NCBI GenBank assembly: GCA_964016885.1
Contig: CAXHJY010001301.1
Span: 45,608-109,607, forward strand
From: Eledone cirrhosa
Taxonomy: Eukaryota
Direction: 5' to 3'
Length of the DNA stretch: 64,000 bases
How positions within the stretch are numbered: the stretch's first letter is position 1; the number at the start of each line of letters is the position of its first letter. Below are positions 1 through 12,968 of this stretch, piece after piece. The position numbers were made by a program, and so were the translations under genes. The notes under the pieces were generated by a model. It searched no databases and was not told where the DNA came from. It saw only the letters and a list, made by a program, of their open reading frames with translations.

Positions 1-999
1 TAAAATAATTTATTTTAAGCTGTTTATATTTATCTAAAAACCTTCCGCTGTGAATTTATGTAATTATGTTCCAAACATGATACAAAACAGTATATTTTTA
101 AGAACCATTATTATATTCAAAACATCAGCTTGAGAAAGTTAATTGTTATTAAATCCCTAAAATTCTTGATTACTTTCAAAAATATTTGAAAATAATATTA
201 GTATCTTTTATTAGAAATATGGTAATGAAATGGTTGTCTTGTCCAAGATACTACCACACAATGGGATGAACTATAGTAAAGAAATGGTAAACTCTTGTCC
301 AAGATATCACCACACAGTGGAATTGAACCGAGGACTTTATGATGGTAAAGCAGGCTTTTTATTCATTTGGCCATACTGCATCCACAAGCTTTACTTAATA
401 GGAAGAACTTGATAGCCTTGTTTAGGAAAATTCCTTTACCTGAATTCATGCCATTAAGTCTAGGTTTTATTATTTTCTTTGTATATGTAGCAGATGGTAA
501 TGTTCTTTAGTTGTCGTTTACTTTCATTTCTTCTTAGTTTGGTTTGCCAATTCTCAACAACTGATACCATAAACAGTGCAACTATTGGCAAACCGATTCT
601 ATTCCTTCTTTGCATCATTAAAGTCTGCAGTCATGCAAGCAACACACCCTGTTCTTAAGTCTTCTCTTTTCCATGTAGTTATATACTATATTCTGTCTGA
701 AGTGGTGAATTAGTAGAGTCCAAGCAACACCCAATGTTCTTTAGTTTTCTCTCTTCCATGTAGTTATATAATATACCCTGTCAGAAGTGGTGAATAGGTA
801 GAGTATGTCTCTTCCAATTAGTTAAAGTGTCTGTTACAATACTTTGGGGTATTTGGTATTCATTCCAGTTCCTTGTGATCCGAGTTCAAATTTCACCAAG
901 GCAACTTTGCTTTCAATCCCTCTGGGGTTGATATAATCTCACTCTAGTATTGGGGTTAATTCTTCTCTCTTGGTTTTTAATTTTTTAAAAGTTTTTAAA

Positions 1000-1000
<1 letters not shown>

Positions 1001-1031
<31 letters not shown>

Positions 1032-1045
1032 TTTCTCTTTCTCTC

Positions 1046-1089
<44 letters not shown>
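1001..1089. repeat. (CT)n microsatellite
   Basis: Near-pure CT dinucleotide run. Confidence 0.95.
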
Positions 1090-1092
<3 letters not shown>

Positions 1093-1819
1093 TTGGCAGT
1101 GGTCCAACCTGGAGAGAGATAGAAGCTACCATGTTTAAAATGTCACACTCCCACCATAGAGAGATGCTATGCTGAGAAGGACTTGTCCAACCCATGCGAG
1201 TGTGGAAAAATGGACATAGAAATGATGATGTTTACGTCCAGTAACTTAGTAGTTTTATAAAAAGAGAATGATGAAACATCACCAGACATTTAAAAAAAAC
1301 ATCAGTTCAGGGTGGAGGGACTAATATGATATACTACATCCCTTCATGGCAGTGCCCCCAGCATAGCCATATTGTAATGAATGAAACCAGTAAAAGAACA
1401 GTTACCCAGCTTAGTTACAGTCTACTGACTGAAACCAGTAAAAGAACAGTGCCTCAGCCTGGCCACAGTCTACAAACTGAAACCAGTAAAAAGACAATAC
1501 TCCAACTTTGGCACAGTTTAATTACAAACCAGTAAATGAATATATACATATATACAATCCATAAACTTAGCTTCATTACAATTTAGTGAAGAAATCAAAT
1601 ATTCCATATTCCATCCATAAAACATATCAAATATTGTAGTTTCAGACTTAAAAGATACGTTTAACAGCCAGGAGACATTTGGCATAATGGTTAAATGAGC
1701 TTGCCTGGCATACATGAGATATGTGATTCGATATCCCATTGGCATCTCTGTTCACATTTTTTTGTCTTCATGGACACTTTACCTGATTTATTCAACTATT
1801 ATTTCTTTCTAGTTATCAA

Positions 1820-2403
1820 ATAAGTCTGGAACCCCTATCTTGCTCAGAACATTGACCTCCTGGAAACTGTTCAGAGACGTGCAACCAAGCGCATACCCTC
1901 CATCAGACACCTACCATACTCTGAACGCCTTGCTTCCCTGGGCATGGATTCATTGAAGCTCCGACGTCTGGCAATGGACTTGGTAAACACCCACAAAGTT
2001 ATTAACCATCTCGCCAACAACAACCCTAAGCACCTTTTTGATCTCCATGTGTCTAACACACGTGGACATGCCTACAAAATCAGAAAACAGCACAGCTCCC
2101 ATGACTTTCGTAGACATTTTTCCCGCTCAGAGTTGCTGAAGCATGGAACAAACTGCCTGCGTCAGTTGTTAGCTGCCGAGACACTGCATCCTTTAAGACA
2201 CTCATGCTTCCCGAAATACGCCAAAACTACACCTGATGTACCCCTTCCATACACATGCACACGTGTGTATCATGACTCGTGCACTGTTCATTTTACTGAT
2301 GTTTGTGCATTGCCCTATGTACTGTACATGCACTTTTTGATGAGTTGTGGTGCACCTGGGCACTGTACACAATATTTCATGATTATTATTATTATTATTA
2401 TTA
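1820..2403 (+). mobile_element. CR1/L2-group LINE, 5'-truncated 3' fragment (ORF2 C-terminus, 3' UTR, (ATT)n tail)
   Basis: Translates VWNPYLAQNIDLLETVQRRATKRIPSIRHLPYSERLASLGMDSLKLRRLAMDL...TRGHAYKI, then after a frameshift RVAEAWNKLP. These are typical CR1-group ORF2 C-terminal motifs. Ends in GTGC-acctgg-GCAC stem-loop and (ATT)n. Confidence 0.88.
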
Positions 2404-2535
2404 TATCATGACTCATACACTGTTCATTTTCCTGACATTTGTACATTATTCTATGTACTATACATGCACCTTTGATGAGTTGTAGTGCACCTGAGCACTG
2501 TACACAATAATTTCATTATTATTATTATTATTTAT
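2404..2535 (+). mobile_element. Second, diverged copy of the same LINE 3' UTR with (ATT)n tail
   Basis: Aligns by eye to 2268-2403 with many substitutions and ends in its own ATT repeat. Confidence 0.8.
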
Positions 2536-2805
2536 TAGTATAGTTGTCTGCACTGTGGTGATTATATTTCCAAATTAAAAATTTCCCACTGCTTTGTAAG
2601 TTAACCAAACCATGTAGTCATCATCATCATCATTGTATTTATGGCTACTTTTCCATGCTGGCATGGGTTGGACTGAATGTTTTGAGACACTGTTTTACAG
2701 CTCAATGCTCTTCTTAACACCAACAATTTTAGCCACCTCTTACAACATGCAGGGACACAGTGTATCTATTCTAAACACTATGTTACTAGATTATGTATGG
2801 ATGTA

Positions 2806-3356
2806 CGAGGGGGTTTCAAAAGGTTTGTGAAAAAAGAACGTCGCTAAAAATCATATGCAGGGATTTTAGTCTCAATGCACTTGTACGTTCTTGTACTAAT
2901 GTGTCACGTGCTAACATGAACCCCTAAGTACATGTTGCAATGCGGTGCCGCTACCCGGAAGTCAGCATCCGTTCAAGCAACATGGCTTCCATCAAAACAT
3001 CAAATTCATGGTGAAGCTAGGGTGGAAGAGCAGCCAAATCATTGATGTGCTCTGGAGCAAGTTTATAGAGGACAATGCTCCAAAGAAACTAACAACCTAC
3101 AAATAGATAAGTTGTTTTAGAAGTGGAAGAAATGAGGTTGAAGATGATTCCCATTTGAAAATGTAAAAAAAAACTGCTTTGACATAGTTTAAATTGCATG
3201 GACCTCAGTTTTCCACAGATGGACTTAAAGTCTGGTATCAATGCTTGCAGAAGTGTAATGACCTAGATGGAGCATATGTTGAAAAATAAACATCATGGCT
3301 TAAACCGTTTTTCCCCCCAAATGTCCTTTTTTCACCAACTTTTTGAAGCCCCCTCA
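2806..3356 (+). mobile_element. Internally deleted mariner (irritans/Hsmar2-like) DNA transposon
   Basis: TA at 2804-2805 and 3357-3358. ~31-bp TIRs (cgagggggtttcaaaaggtttgtgaaaaaag / cttttttcaccaactttttgaagccccctca). Transposase N-terminal remnant NIKFMVKLGWK...DNAPKK...NEVEDD is joined to C-terminal remnant ...DGLKVWYQCLQKCNDLDGAYVEK*. Confidence 0.92.
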
Positions 3357-3549
3357 TATTTTACTGTTGTTGCTATATGGTTCCAGTGTTGTATGTTGGT
3401 TAAGTTGAACTGTAAACATATTAAATTTATAAATCAGTAAACAACAACAAAAAAAGATTTTCTCAAAATATTTCGAGTTGTTTACATTGTTCGTTTACTT
3501 CGCCTAAATATTTCAGTTTTTTTTGGTGCTTTGCCATCCAAAATGTACT

Positions 3550-3897
3550 AATTCCCCCTTCTCTCTCACTCTCTTTTTGTCCCCCTTCTTTCTCACTATC
3601 TGTGCTCCTTCTCTCTATCTCTCTCTGTCCTCTTTTTCTCTCTCTCACCCCTCTCTTTGTCTGTTTCTAACCCTTATTTCAATTTCCTCTCCCCTCCTCC
3701 CACATATCCTCTCTCCTCCTCCCACATATCCTCTCTTGTCTTTCTCCCTTTTCCTCCACGTCTCCCCCCCTCCCCCTCACGTCTCTCTCCTATGTCTCTC
3801 TCCTATGTCTTTCTCTCCTACGTCTTTCTCCTATGTCTTTCTCTTTCCCCCTCCTCTCTTCTCATACACACTCTTGTTCTCCCTTACCCCCACCCAC
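3550..3897. repeat. Polypyrimidine (CT-rich) low-complexity tract
   Basis: Almost exclusively C/T with short internal repeats (cctcccacatatcctctc x2; ctcctatgtct x4). Confidence 0.85.
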
Positions 3898-4315
3898 TAA
3901 CCAAAGAAAGAAGGATAGGCTGTAGATGTTTTTCATTTTTTTTCCTGGGATAAATGAAAATAGTTTTAAAGAGGTCTTGACTATATATTTATTTATTCTT
4001 TCAGTGAAAGTTAAATTATTTCTAGACTGTTTGTGGAGTGAAGTCCTTAAGTAGTTGAGTGAGAGAAAGAAAGGATCTATAGTGTTTGTGAAATACCATA
4101 TGGGTGGTAACAAATAGTTAAAAGTTTTAATGTGTATCATGTGTTTATAGAGAAAAATCTTATGCGGTACAGTGATGGGGGAGAGTCTTGGAATACAGCT
4201 TAAGAAAACAACATAAAGAAAAAAAGTGTGTTATAGACTTAGCTCTTCTATGATGATATTTCTAATGAAATACACTTTTAATTTATGAAGAATTTGGAGG
4301 GATTTACTAAAATTT

Positions 4316-4510
4316 GGGTGGTGGATTGGCTGTATCGGTAGATGGTCAGACGCCATGCTTTGCACCAAAGAGTTACGGCCCTTTATGATCTGAGTTCAAA
4401 TCCCGCCGATGTTAACTTCGCCTTTCATCCTTACGGGGTCGATAAAATAAAGTACCAGTAATACACTGGGATAATTGCTGGCCTTGTGCCAAAAGTAGAA
4501 ACAATTATTA
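4316..4510 (+). mobile_element. tRNA-derived SINE with Meta/MESC-like core (representative copy)
   Basis: A-box-like ggattggc...tag, B-box gagttcaaatccc, core gcctttcatccttacggggtcgataaaataaagtaccag, and tail ggccttgtgccaaaagtagaaacaatta. Core-domain name is from recall. Confidence 0.8.
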
Positions 4511-7500
4511 AACCTTTTCATACCATATTTCTAATAAAATATACTGTCTGCAATTTTCAAATAATTTTGAAAATAATCAAGAATTTCATGAGATTTACTA
4601 ACATAACTAACTTTCTCATTATTGAGCTGTTGTTTTGACCATAACATAATATAAAGGTTCTTAAATAAAATTATGATGGAAGATTTCTAGATAAATATAA
4701 AGTTTTGTGTTATAGAACCAGGAGTGGTTTCTGGTTGTTTGGTATCAAAAGTATGTTGTTCTATGACCATATTTCTTGTGAAATACACTACAATTTATGT
4801 GGCGAATTGGCAGTCATTAGTACATTGGGTAGAATGCTTGCTGTACTTGTTCTGGCCCTTTGCTATCTCAGTTAAAATCCCATTGAGGTCAACTTTGCCT
4901 TTCATTTATTCAAGATCAATATATATAAAAACAAAATTACTAATTTAGTACTAGGGTCGATTTTTCCTCTATATCTCTTTTTCACTTTCTTTCTCTGACT
5001 CTCTATCCTTCTCTGGAAGAAATCTGCTGTATTCAGACCTGAAAAGATGTGCTCGGCCAGGTTTAAAAATGCCTTAGAAATGCCATATATATCAACATGG
5101 TGCCCCTACAACTCCTTCAGGTGTTTTGGGTCCATACCATACACTACATTTTAATAAATAAATGAAGAATTTAGAGGGATTTACTAAAAATATCTAACTT
5201 TTTTGTTAACATTTTCCTAATGAAATATACTGCCTATGATTTTAAAAATATTTGAAAATAAAAAATTTGGAGTGATTTACCAAACTTTCTCATTATTTGT
5301 GTGCCATTCAAAACAACTTAAAGGTTTTTACATAAAACTATGATGAAAAGTTTTCAGATAAACATAAATGCTTTAAAACAAACAGTTTTGTATTGTATAA
5401 CCAGGGCTGGTCTCTGGTGGTTTGGTATCAAAAGTGTTAAAATTTCAATGTGTATCATGTGATATTAGACAAACAAACATCTTTCAACTACAGATGGTAT
5501 TTGTAATATAACAAAAAGTTATGTGAAATTGTTGGAAGTTTTTCATTTACATAGGAGCCCTTTAAAATTAGTTTTGTTTTATAGAATTGAGGCAGTTTGG
5601 TATAAAAGGGTTAATATGTATCATGTGTTGGACAAAGCTTTTTGAGGAAGGAGAGAGAATTAGTATGTATGGACCCGTAAATTCTGACAGTGTAGGGGTG
5701 CTGCATTGTCATATGGTGTATCTAGGGCATTTTAAAACCTGGTGGAGCACATCTCTCCAGGTCTGAATACAGCAGATTTCTTCCATTACACCATACCATG
5801 GTTTTGCTAATTGGAATGACACGATCATAGCCCCAGCTACCAATTAGGAAATACCCTATATCACAAGTATGTATGTGTGTATGTACACACATGCACACAT
5901 TTAAAATGAAGAGAACCAAGATTTTCAAGTATGGATTTAATTTGAAAACCATGGTTCTCTTCATTTTAAATATTTGTGTTGCTAACCTCACTGCCCTCAA
6001 CACCTAAAACTTTAACCATCGATTGTTTTGAATTCCTTATATGCTGAATATACTCAGCAGTTTGAAAAAAAAAAAAAAAAAAGACTGAAAAATAAGTCCT
6101 GTGGTCAATATGACTGACTACATCAGTTGGTGCCCCAGGATGGCTACAATCTGACTGAAACCAGTAAAACTGTTTAAAAAAAAAAAAAAAGGATTTTGTG
6201 TTGAAATATTTATTTATTAAGCAAGAAAAATCAAGCCAACTTGATATTTGAAACTCTAAATATTTGAATAAAAGATAGGAAAAGGCTAATGAAGTGAAAT
6301 TGAAAAAAGTCTTTTTCATTGACTAATTCAATTCTGTAATTAGCTATCATTTGATATTCTCTATTCTCTGTCAATTCTTCTGAAAAGCTCTTTTCCTGTG
6401 TTCTAGGAAATAACCATATTCTTCTATTGTAGTTCAACATATTACTGCTGCCATAGCTACTGTTGCTAGTCAAAGAGGGGGGGGGGGGGGTTGTCATCAC
6501 ATTGTCACATGATCATTGTTTCTATATCCTTATTTCTGCAAAATAAGTTCTTAGGGATTATATTTGATTTATAGCAAATAATAAATATTGATGTTGGATC
6601 ACATTCTGTTAGTTTGTTGAAACGTTGACCCCCCTCCACTCTTTGCTCTGTTTGTATGATGTTCCTAACTCTGGTGGTCTATACAAAAATCACTGGAAAA
6701 CAAAATGATTTATGACAATTAAGCTTGAAAATAATGATCTGTGTGAACCTGACAAAAATCATGTCAATGCCTTCCCTCTCAAAATATTTAGGCTAAAGAA
6801 ACAATGTAAAATGATCAGTGATTCCTGCAGGAAGTGATGTAAATAACTGTAGTAAATAGAAGTGTGTGGTAGAATGAATGGGAGTGAGGAGTTAGTGAAA
6901 CATTTTTGAGGCCAAATACCAGGCTAGTAGGTTTGAAGTATTAAATACTGCGACATACACCTGAGGTACCTCTAGCTGAGCTTACTGGATGGAGGGGGGG
7001 GGGGGGGGGGGTTAGTCAAATGTTGAGGCCAGTAGGAGTTCTGACATAAACCTGAGGTACCCCAGAGTTTACTGAGCAGGGGAGGAAATAGTCAAACATT
7101 GTTGAGACCACTGCCAGCTTTTTGGGGGAAAATATAACTTAGACTCTGGTCACGTGTATTGAGTGCTCAGTTAATGCTTGATTGTTCTATTTACATGTAT
7201 GTATCAACTATATGACAACCTTCCTAGTATTGGTGTCTTGATAAAAGGCACTCAGTAGGTCATGGGACTGCTTGGGAGATGCAGGTTCCCAGCACATCTG
7301 AGAGGTCTGTAGCACCACTGTGAAGACCCATCCAACTCTTGCTACTAGGGAAAACAGACATTAAATGATGTTGATGATGATAGCATCTTCATTTTACTGC
7401 TTGCATTGGTTGGAGAGGTCTTCTCCAACACAACATCCATCTATTTGTTCTTTTGTCTTCTCTATTGTGTGTTTTGTCGAATTGAGATCAACTCTTAGCC

Positions 7501-7918
7501 CTTCTGCCCAGGTCTTTCTTTACTGCCACTACCTTCCACTGATACTAGCATAGTACCTGTCAAAAATGATGGGGGCTTATAGTAAAAAAAACATTTAATT
7601 TAATTTCTTGGTTACTACATTCTATTTAAAGATGCTTGAATTCTCCAGTTTCCCCCCTTGACACTCTGGCTATCACTATATTTTATTTTACATTTATTTA
7701 AATCATTTACTATAATTCTCTTCCATACTTTCTGTAATCATTATTAAACATATATTTACTAAATTATGATTTGGTTCTACCTACATGTCTGACTTTAGAC
7801 TGCTATAGAGATTTATGCTTTGTTATCATTCTTGTCCGAAGATAGATACATTAGGAAATATACTTAGATACTACAGATGGATGTTGTTATATTTATTATC
7901 CAAACTTCCCTATATACC

Positions 7919-7959
<41 letters not shown>

Positions 7960-8031
7960 GCTGTAAAGTGGTTGGTGTTAGGAAGGGTATCTATATATAT
8001 ATATATATGACTATATCATCAGTTTAATGTC

Positions 8032-8067
<36 letters not shown>

Positions 8068-9051
8068 CCCCACCATGCTAGCATGGGTTAAACAAATTAG
8101 ATCAGGTGATTGTGTCTTGATCATACAGAACTGTTTTTGATGTCTATATGTATGTTGATATAAATATATATTGACAGCAAAAACAAACTACTAATGTTTA
8201 CTTTTTATGCTGGCATTCTCCACTGTTCATACTTGCTCACATACAAATCCCTGTTGCTCAAAGTGGTTGTCATATGACAGTAGTATTTTATTATTAAGAT
8301 ACACATACTCACTGACAGTGTCCTGAATCAGCAGTGACTATTAGTGGAGTTATTTTTGTGAAAACATTTCTTGGATAAAGAAAGGTAGATATTCTGTTTA
8401 AGCTTTCTGATTTTTTTTATTTAAAACTTGTGTGTAAGAATCATGTTATTTATTTTGGATTGTAGTTGCTTGGCAATCACTTAATCTGACACTGTATGTT
8501 GAAACTGAAATATTTACATTGTGGAAGAGTGCATTTTAGCAATTTAAGAACCCACGCAAAATTGTCTTATTTTTTCTTCTATATATTTGAATTTCTCTTG
8601 TAGAATTGATTTGTAATATGGCAAACTGCCCGAAACCACTCCTGGTTCTATGACCCCAGACTGTTTGTTTTAAAGTGTTTACATTTATCTGACTCTTTTA
8701 TCATAATTTTATGTAAGAACCTTTTAGTTATGTTCCAAACACCAGCTTAATAATGAGAAATTTAGTTATAATTAATACTTACTAAATCCCTCTAAATTCT
8801 TGATTATTTTCAAACTATGATTTGAAAACTAGAAGTAGTAATTTTAATTGGAAATATGGTAATGATTGGGTTAAGAACCTATGCAAAAGTTTGTTTTCTA
8901 TATATTTGAATTCCTCTTTCTAGAAGAATTAATAATGCAGTGATGTAAATGGTCAGAGATTTTATTGCTTAAAATGCTTTCTTAGAAAAAACAAAATCAT
9001 AAGATTGATAATTACTTGAGGAATTTCTTAGAAATATTGAAGTTTGCTTAA

Positions 9052-9282
9052 CCTTTTTAATACCAAACTGTTTGGAGCTGCTCTTCATTCTACAACACAA
9101 AACTGTTTGTTTTAAAGTATTTATATTTATCTAAAAGTCTTTCATCATAATTTTATGTTAAAAAACATTAAGTAATGCTTCAAACACCAGATTAAAAATG
9201 GGAAGATTATATTAAATCTTTCCAAAATCTGAAATTATTTTAAAAACCATAGTGTCTCATTAGAAATATCACAATGAAAGGG
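9052..9282 (+). mobile_element. piggyBac-type MITE family 1 (~240 bp, TTAA target)
   Basis: TTAA at 9048-9051 and 9283-9286, with CC(T/C)TTT...AAAGGG ends. More than a dozen full or partial copies elsewhere (e.g. 1-230, 4510-4760, 8620-8875, 20630-20845, 28540-29835, 31240-31730, 32060-32310, 52567-52900, 53667-54125). Confidence 0.8.
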
Positions 9283-9500
9283 TTAAACAAAATGTGGTTT
9301 ATCTTTTGAAAATTTTACTTGGATTATAAGATAAATATATTTGTCTTAAACTGACATAGAGGTCAACAACTTGTGATTTATTTTCTTTTGTTAGTTTTAC
9401 TTGGATTATGGGATAAATATATTTGTTGTCTGTAGATTTTACTTGGATTAGAAGATAAATGATATTTTTCTCTTATGTATCTAATATAAAATAGTTCTGC

Positions 9501-9655
9501 ATATCCTTGTATGTTGTAAGAGGTGACTTAAAACATTGGTGTCAGGAAGGGCATTCGGCTGTAGACCATGGCTAAAAAAAAACCCATACTCCATGGTTGG
9601 TATGAAGCATGTTATGGGGCCTGCCCAGCTAACCCCTGTTTTAAAACACTTGTTA
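9501..9655 (+). mobile_element. Short retroposon family starting with ccctgcgtgttgtaagaggcgactaa and sharing an RTE 3'-UTR segment
   Basis: Homologous copies at ~9988-10135, ~19160-19260 and ~19861-20025. The ggttggtgtcaggaagggcat segment matches the RTE tails in this window. Confidence 0.6.
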
Positions 9656-10152
9656 TAAGATAAATTTATTTAAAAGTGAGCCACAGTTACACAATACTAT
9701 GTTTATATAATTAGTTCAACCTACTTATGGGACTTGTATAAATTACCATCTGTTTTAATTCTGTTTTAATTATATGACATATATAATTAGAATCATTGGG
9801 TTATTTTCTCTAAGGTTAGTTAATTAATTAGCTAGTTATGAAGCAATGATGCTAATTGCTTTAATTCTAACATTTAGAATCTATTTAATTTAGAATTTGA
9901 ACAGTTTCAGACTTTATCGAATTTTGAAATTATTCAGTAGTAACTGAATTTAGAGAAATGCAGCACCGTTTTTTTTTTTAGGTCATTTCTCCTGCATGTT
10001 GTATTATAAGGACTAAAAGGGTTGGTGTCAGGAAGGGCATTCAGTTGTAAAACAGGGCCTCAGAAAGAACTCCATGTTGAATATGTAACTTGCCATAAGG
10101 CCTGTAAAGCTAACCCATAGCCTTAAAATGCTTGTTGCTTTCTGTTTGCAAT

Positions 10153-10370
10153 GAAGGCATGTGGCTTAGTGGTTAGAGTGTTGGGCTCACGATCATATTA
10201 TCAAGGGTTTAATTCCTGGTCTGGACGCTGTTGTGTTCTTTAGCAAGGTGCTTCATTTCACATTGCTTTTCATGATAGGACTGGAGGACCCTATCATTAA
10301 AGCACCCGAGAGCTCTCTTATGAGATACCTCGTAGGAATCCAGCTAAACCTGCGTATGTGTGGGCTGTAA
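10153..10370 (+). mobile_element. tRNA-derived CORE-like SINE (representative copy)
   Basis: Head gtggcttagtggttagagtg...ggtttaattcc and core tgtgttctttagcaaggtgcttcatttcac. Related copies at ~11692-11870, 18795-19050(-), 30020-30190(-), 34170-34590 and 56368-56735. Confidence 0.7.
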
Positions 10371-12535
10371 ATGTTTCATTTTTCAATACTAAACTGGTTG
10401 GAACACAACAAAAGAGCTTACATTAAATTTTCATAGGATGTTTTTAGTTAAATATAAACATTTAAAAATAAACAGCTTAGTATTGTAAAAGCAGGGTTGG
10501 GTTCTATTTTCACTGCTGTATAATAATGGTTTTCGATTTAGGCACAAGGCCAACAATTTTTGAGAAGGAGAAAGTCGATTAAATGGCAGATCATATAGGG
10601 TTGTTACTTTGTTGTATAATATTACTGACTGAATATGAATGTGATACTACATAGATTTTGTGCTTTAAGAATCCCTTTATTAAACAAAGATTAAAAGGCA
10701 AAATTCTTTAAACTTGTATTCAGTGCAAACCATATTAAATATATCATTGGCTACATTCCTAGTTTTCATTCAGTTGGCATGGTAACACAATATTCATTGA
10801 GCTAGTGTTCTTTCACCGGTTTCATTCGTTGGACTGGTCATACTGGGGCACCACACTCTTTCACTGGTTTCAGTCATTAGACAGTGGCTATGCTGGGGCA
10901 CCATCACAAAGGGATTTTAGTCTTGTATTCTTTTACTGGATTTAGTCATTAGACTGTGTCCTTGTGAAGAAGTTTAGTCTTTTATTCTTTTACCAGTTTC
11001 AGACTACAGCCATGCTGGGGCACCATCATGAAGGGATTTAGTCAATCATATCAACTCTCAGTACCTTTTTTTTCATGTCTGGTACTTGTTTTTATGATCT
11101 CTTAAGTCAGACTGCTAAGTTACAGGGCATCAACAAACAGTAAATGCAGACACAAACACATACAACATCATCATTTAATGTCCATATTCCTTGCTAACTA
11201 GGGTTGGACGTGTCTTCAAACCAAATCAGTACTGAAGTGTAGCTATTGACCTCTCAAATGGGTTGGAAACCTACATCTCACTTACATATATTCCTGCTTT
11301 CTATTAAGGAGGTTGTCATCTCTTTGCCATACCTGAAAAGTCCTTCCAATGCTTTGTTTGGCAAGTTTTCTATGGCTGGATGCCCTTCCTATCACCAACA
11401 CATTTTATAATTTGTGTGTGTATGTGTGTAAACCTAATACACAATGTACACATGCATACATGGTGGCCTTCTTCCCAGTTCCTGTCTACAAAATTCCATT
11501 CATAAGGCATTGGTCAAGATAAGGCTATAGTAGACACTTCTGTTTTTATTTTATTTTATTTATTTTTTCCTGTAAAAAAAATATCCTTTGATTTGCAAAT
11601 TTGAATGGGAAGGAAGCTCACATGTCTTTTTGATTCATAATTATGCAGTGATGGTGGGGTGAATTTTACTTAAAGTTATAGAATTGTATGTGAAGGTATG
11701 TAGCCTAATGGTTAGGATATTGGATTCAGGATCATAAGGTTGTCAGTTTGATTTCCAGACTGTGTAGTGTTCTTGAACAAGGTGCTTCATTTCACTTTGC
11801 TTTTCATGACAGGAGTGGGACCCTTATCACTGGAGAAATCTCTAAATAAGATACAACCTCATACAAGGCCTGCATTTATTTAATGCATCAGAGAAACCCT
11901 ATAGTTCATATTGATTACTGACATGTGGAAGTGACTAAAGATAAGAATATTTTTATTATTTATTTCTAGGATATAACTGCATAATTATTCAATATGTGTT
12001 CAAATGATATACAAGATGAAATGTATGAGTGGTTGTGGAAAAATTATTTATGGGGACAAATGTAGGGTGGGAACCCAGCCACTTGTGATTGGAAATGGAA
12101 GTTCTTATTCTAGCAACATGGCTGAGATAGGAAATGCCTTATGTGCATGAATGTTAATGATTTACCAACAAGATATATATACAAATACATATGGTCTATT
12201 ATAGTTGATTTAATTTTTTTTTTGTGTGTTTGCTATTTTTTTTTTTTAGATACTTTAGTAATTATTTCTTGGCATACATGGAAATGGGAGAATGTGTTTA
12301 CTTAAATTTACTATATACATATATATATATATGCGCGCACACACACACACACAATTTTTTTTAGGAATCCACAACTCTGATGAGCTGTTGATTCCAGAGT
12401 CAGGCCTGATCAATACTGATCATACTTTGAGCTATAATGTGCGTTATACATGAATAAACATAATTGTTTCTACTTTAGGCACAAGCAATTACCCAGCAAT
12501 TACATAATGATGCTATATTGATACCCTCGTTCCTA

Positions 12536-12721
12536 GGGTGAATTGGCAGTATAGGTAGAGGGTTGGACGCCATGCTTTCTAGCATAATTACGTCCCTTTA
12601 CAGTCTGAGTTCAAATCCCGCCGAGGTTAACTTTGCCTTTCATCCTTACAGGATCGATAAAATAAAGTACCAATAGTGTACTGGGTAATTGCTGGCCTTG
12701 TGCCAAATGTAGAAACAATTA
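12536..12721 (+). mobile_element. Meta/MESC-like SINE copy
   Basis: Same head, core and tail as 4316-4510. Confidence 0.8.
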
Positions 12722-12968
12722 CATATATATATATATATATATACAAATTTTAGTACAGCATTAACGAAGCTTTAGGCTGCGGCTAAGCTAACGAATGCAA
12801 ATTCGGAATGTAGGTTTAGCACTCGATGGAGAATAATACCCCAGAGTAATAACAATATGTTTAGACGGCTTTGTAAATCAAATATAGCGATCGGCAGTCC
12901 AGCCGCATTGCCATAGCAACAAAAAAGATTGGACTCGGGGAAAAGATTTTTATATATATATATATATA

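Noticed and set aside
539-597. Hairpin ggtttgccaat...attggcaaacc as a pre-miRNA
   Set aside because: Only ~13 bp of continuous pairing with a large internal loop; no recognised miRNA seed.
636-805. ~86-bp tandem duplication overlapping a SINE head
   Set aside because: Ordinary old local duplication with no further structure.
4316-4410. tRNA gene calls at SINE heads
   Set aside because: A/B boxes are present but no cloverleaf, and each continues into SINE core and tail.
12368-12400. CTGATGA-containing hammerhead candidate
   Set aside because: GAAA core and stem III are missing; at most a decayed Penelope remnant.
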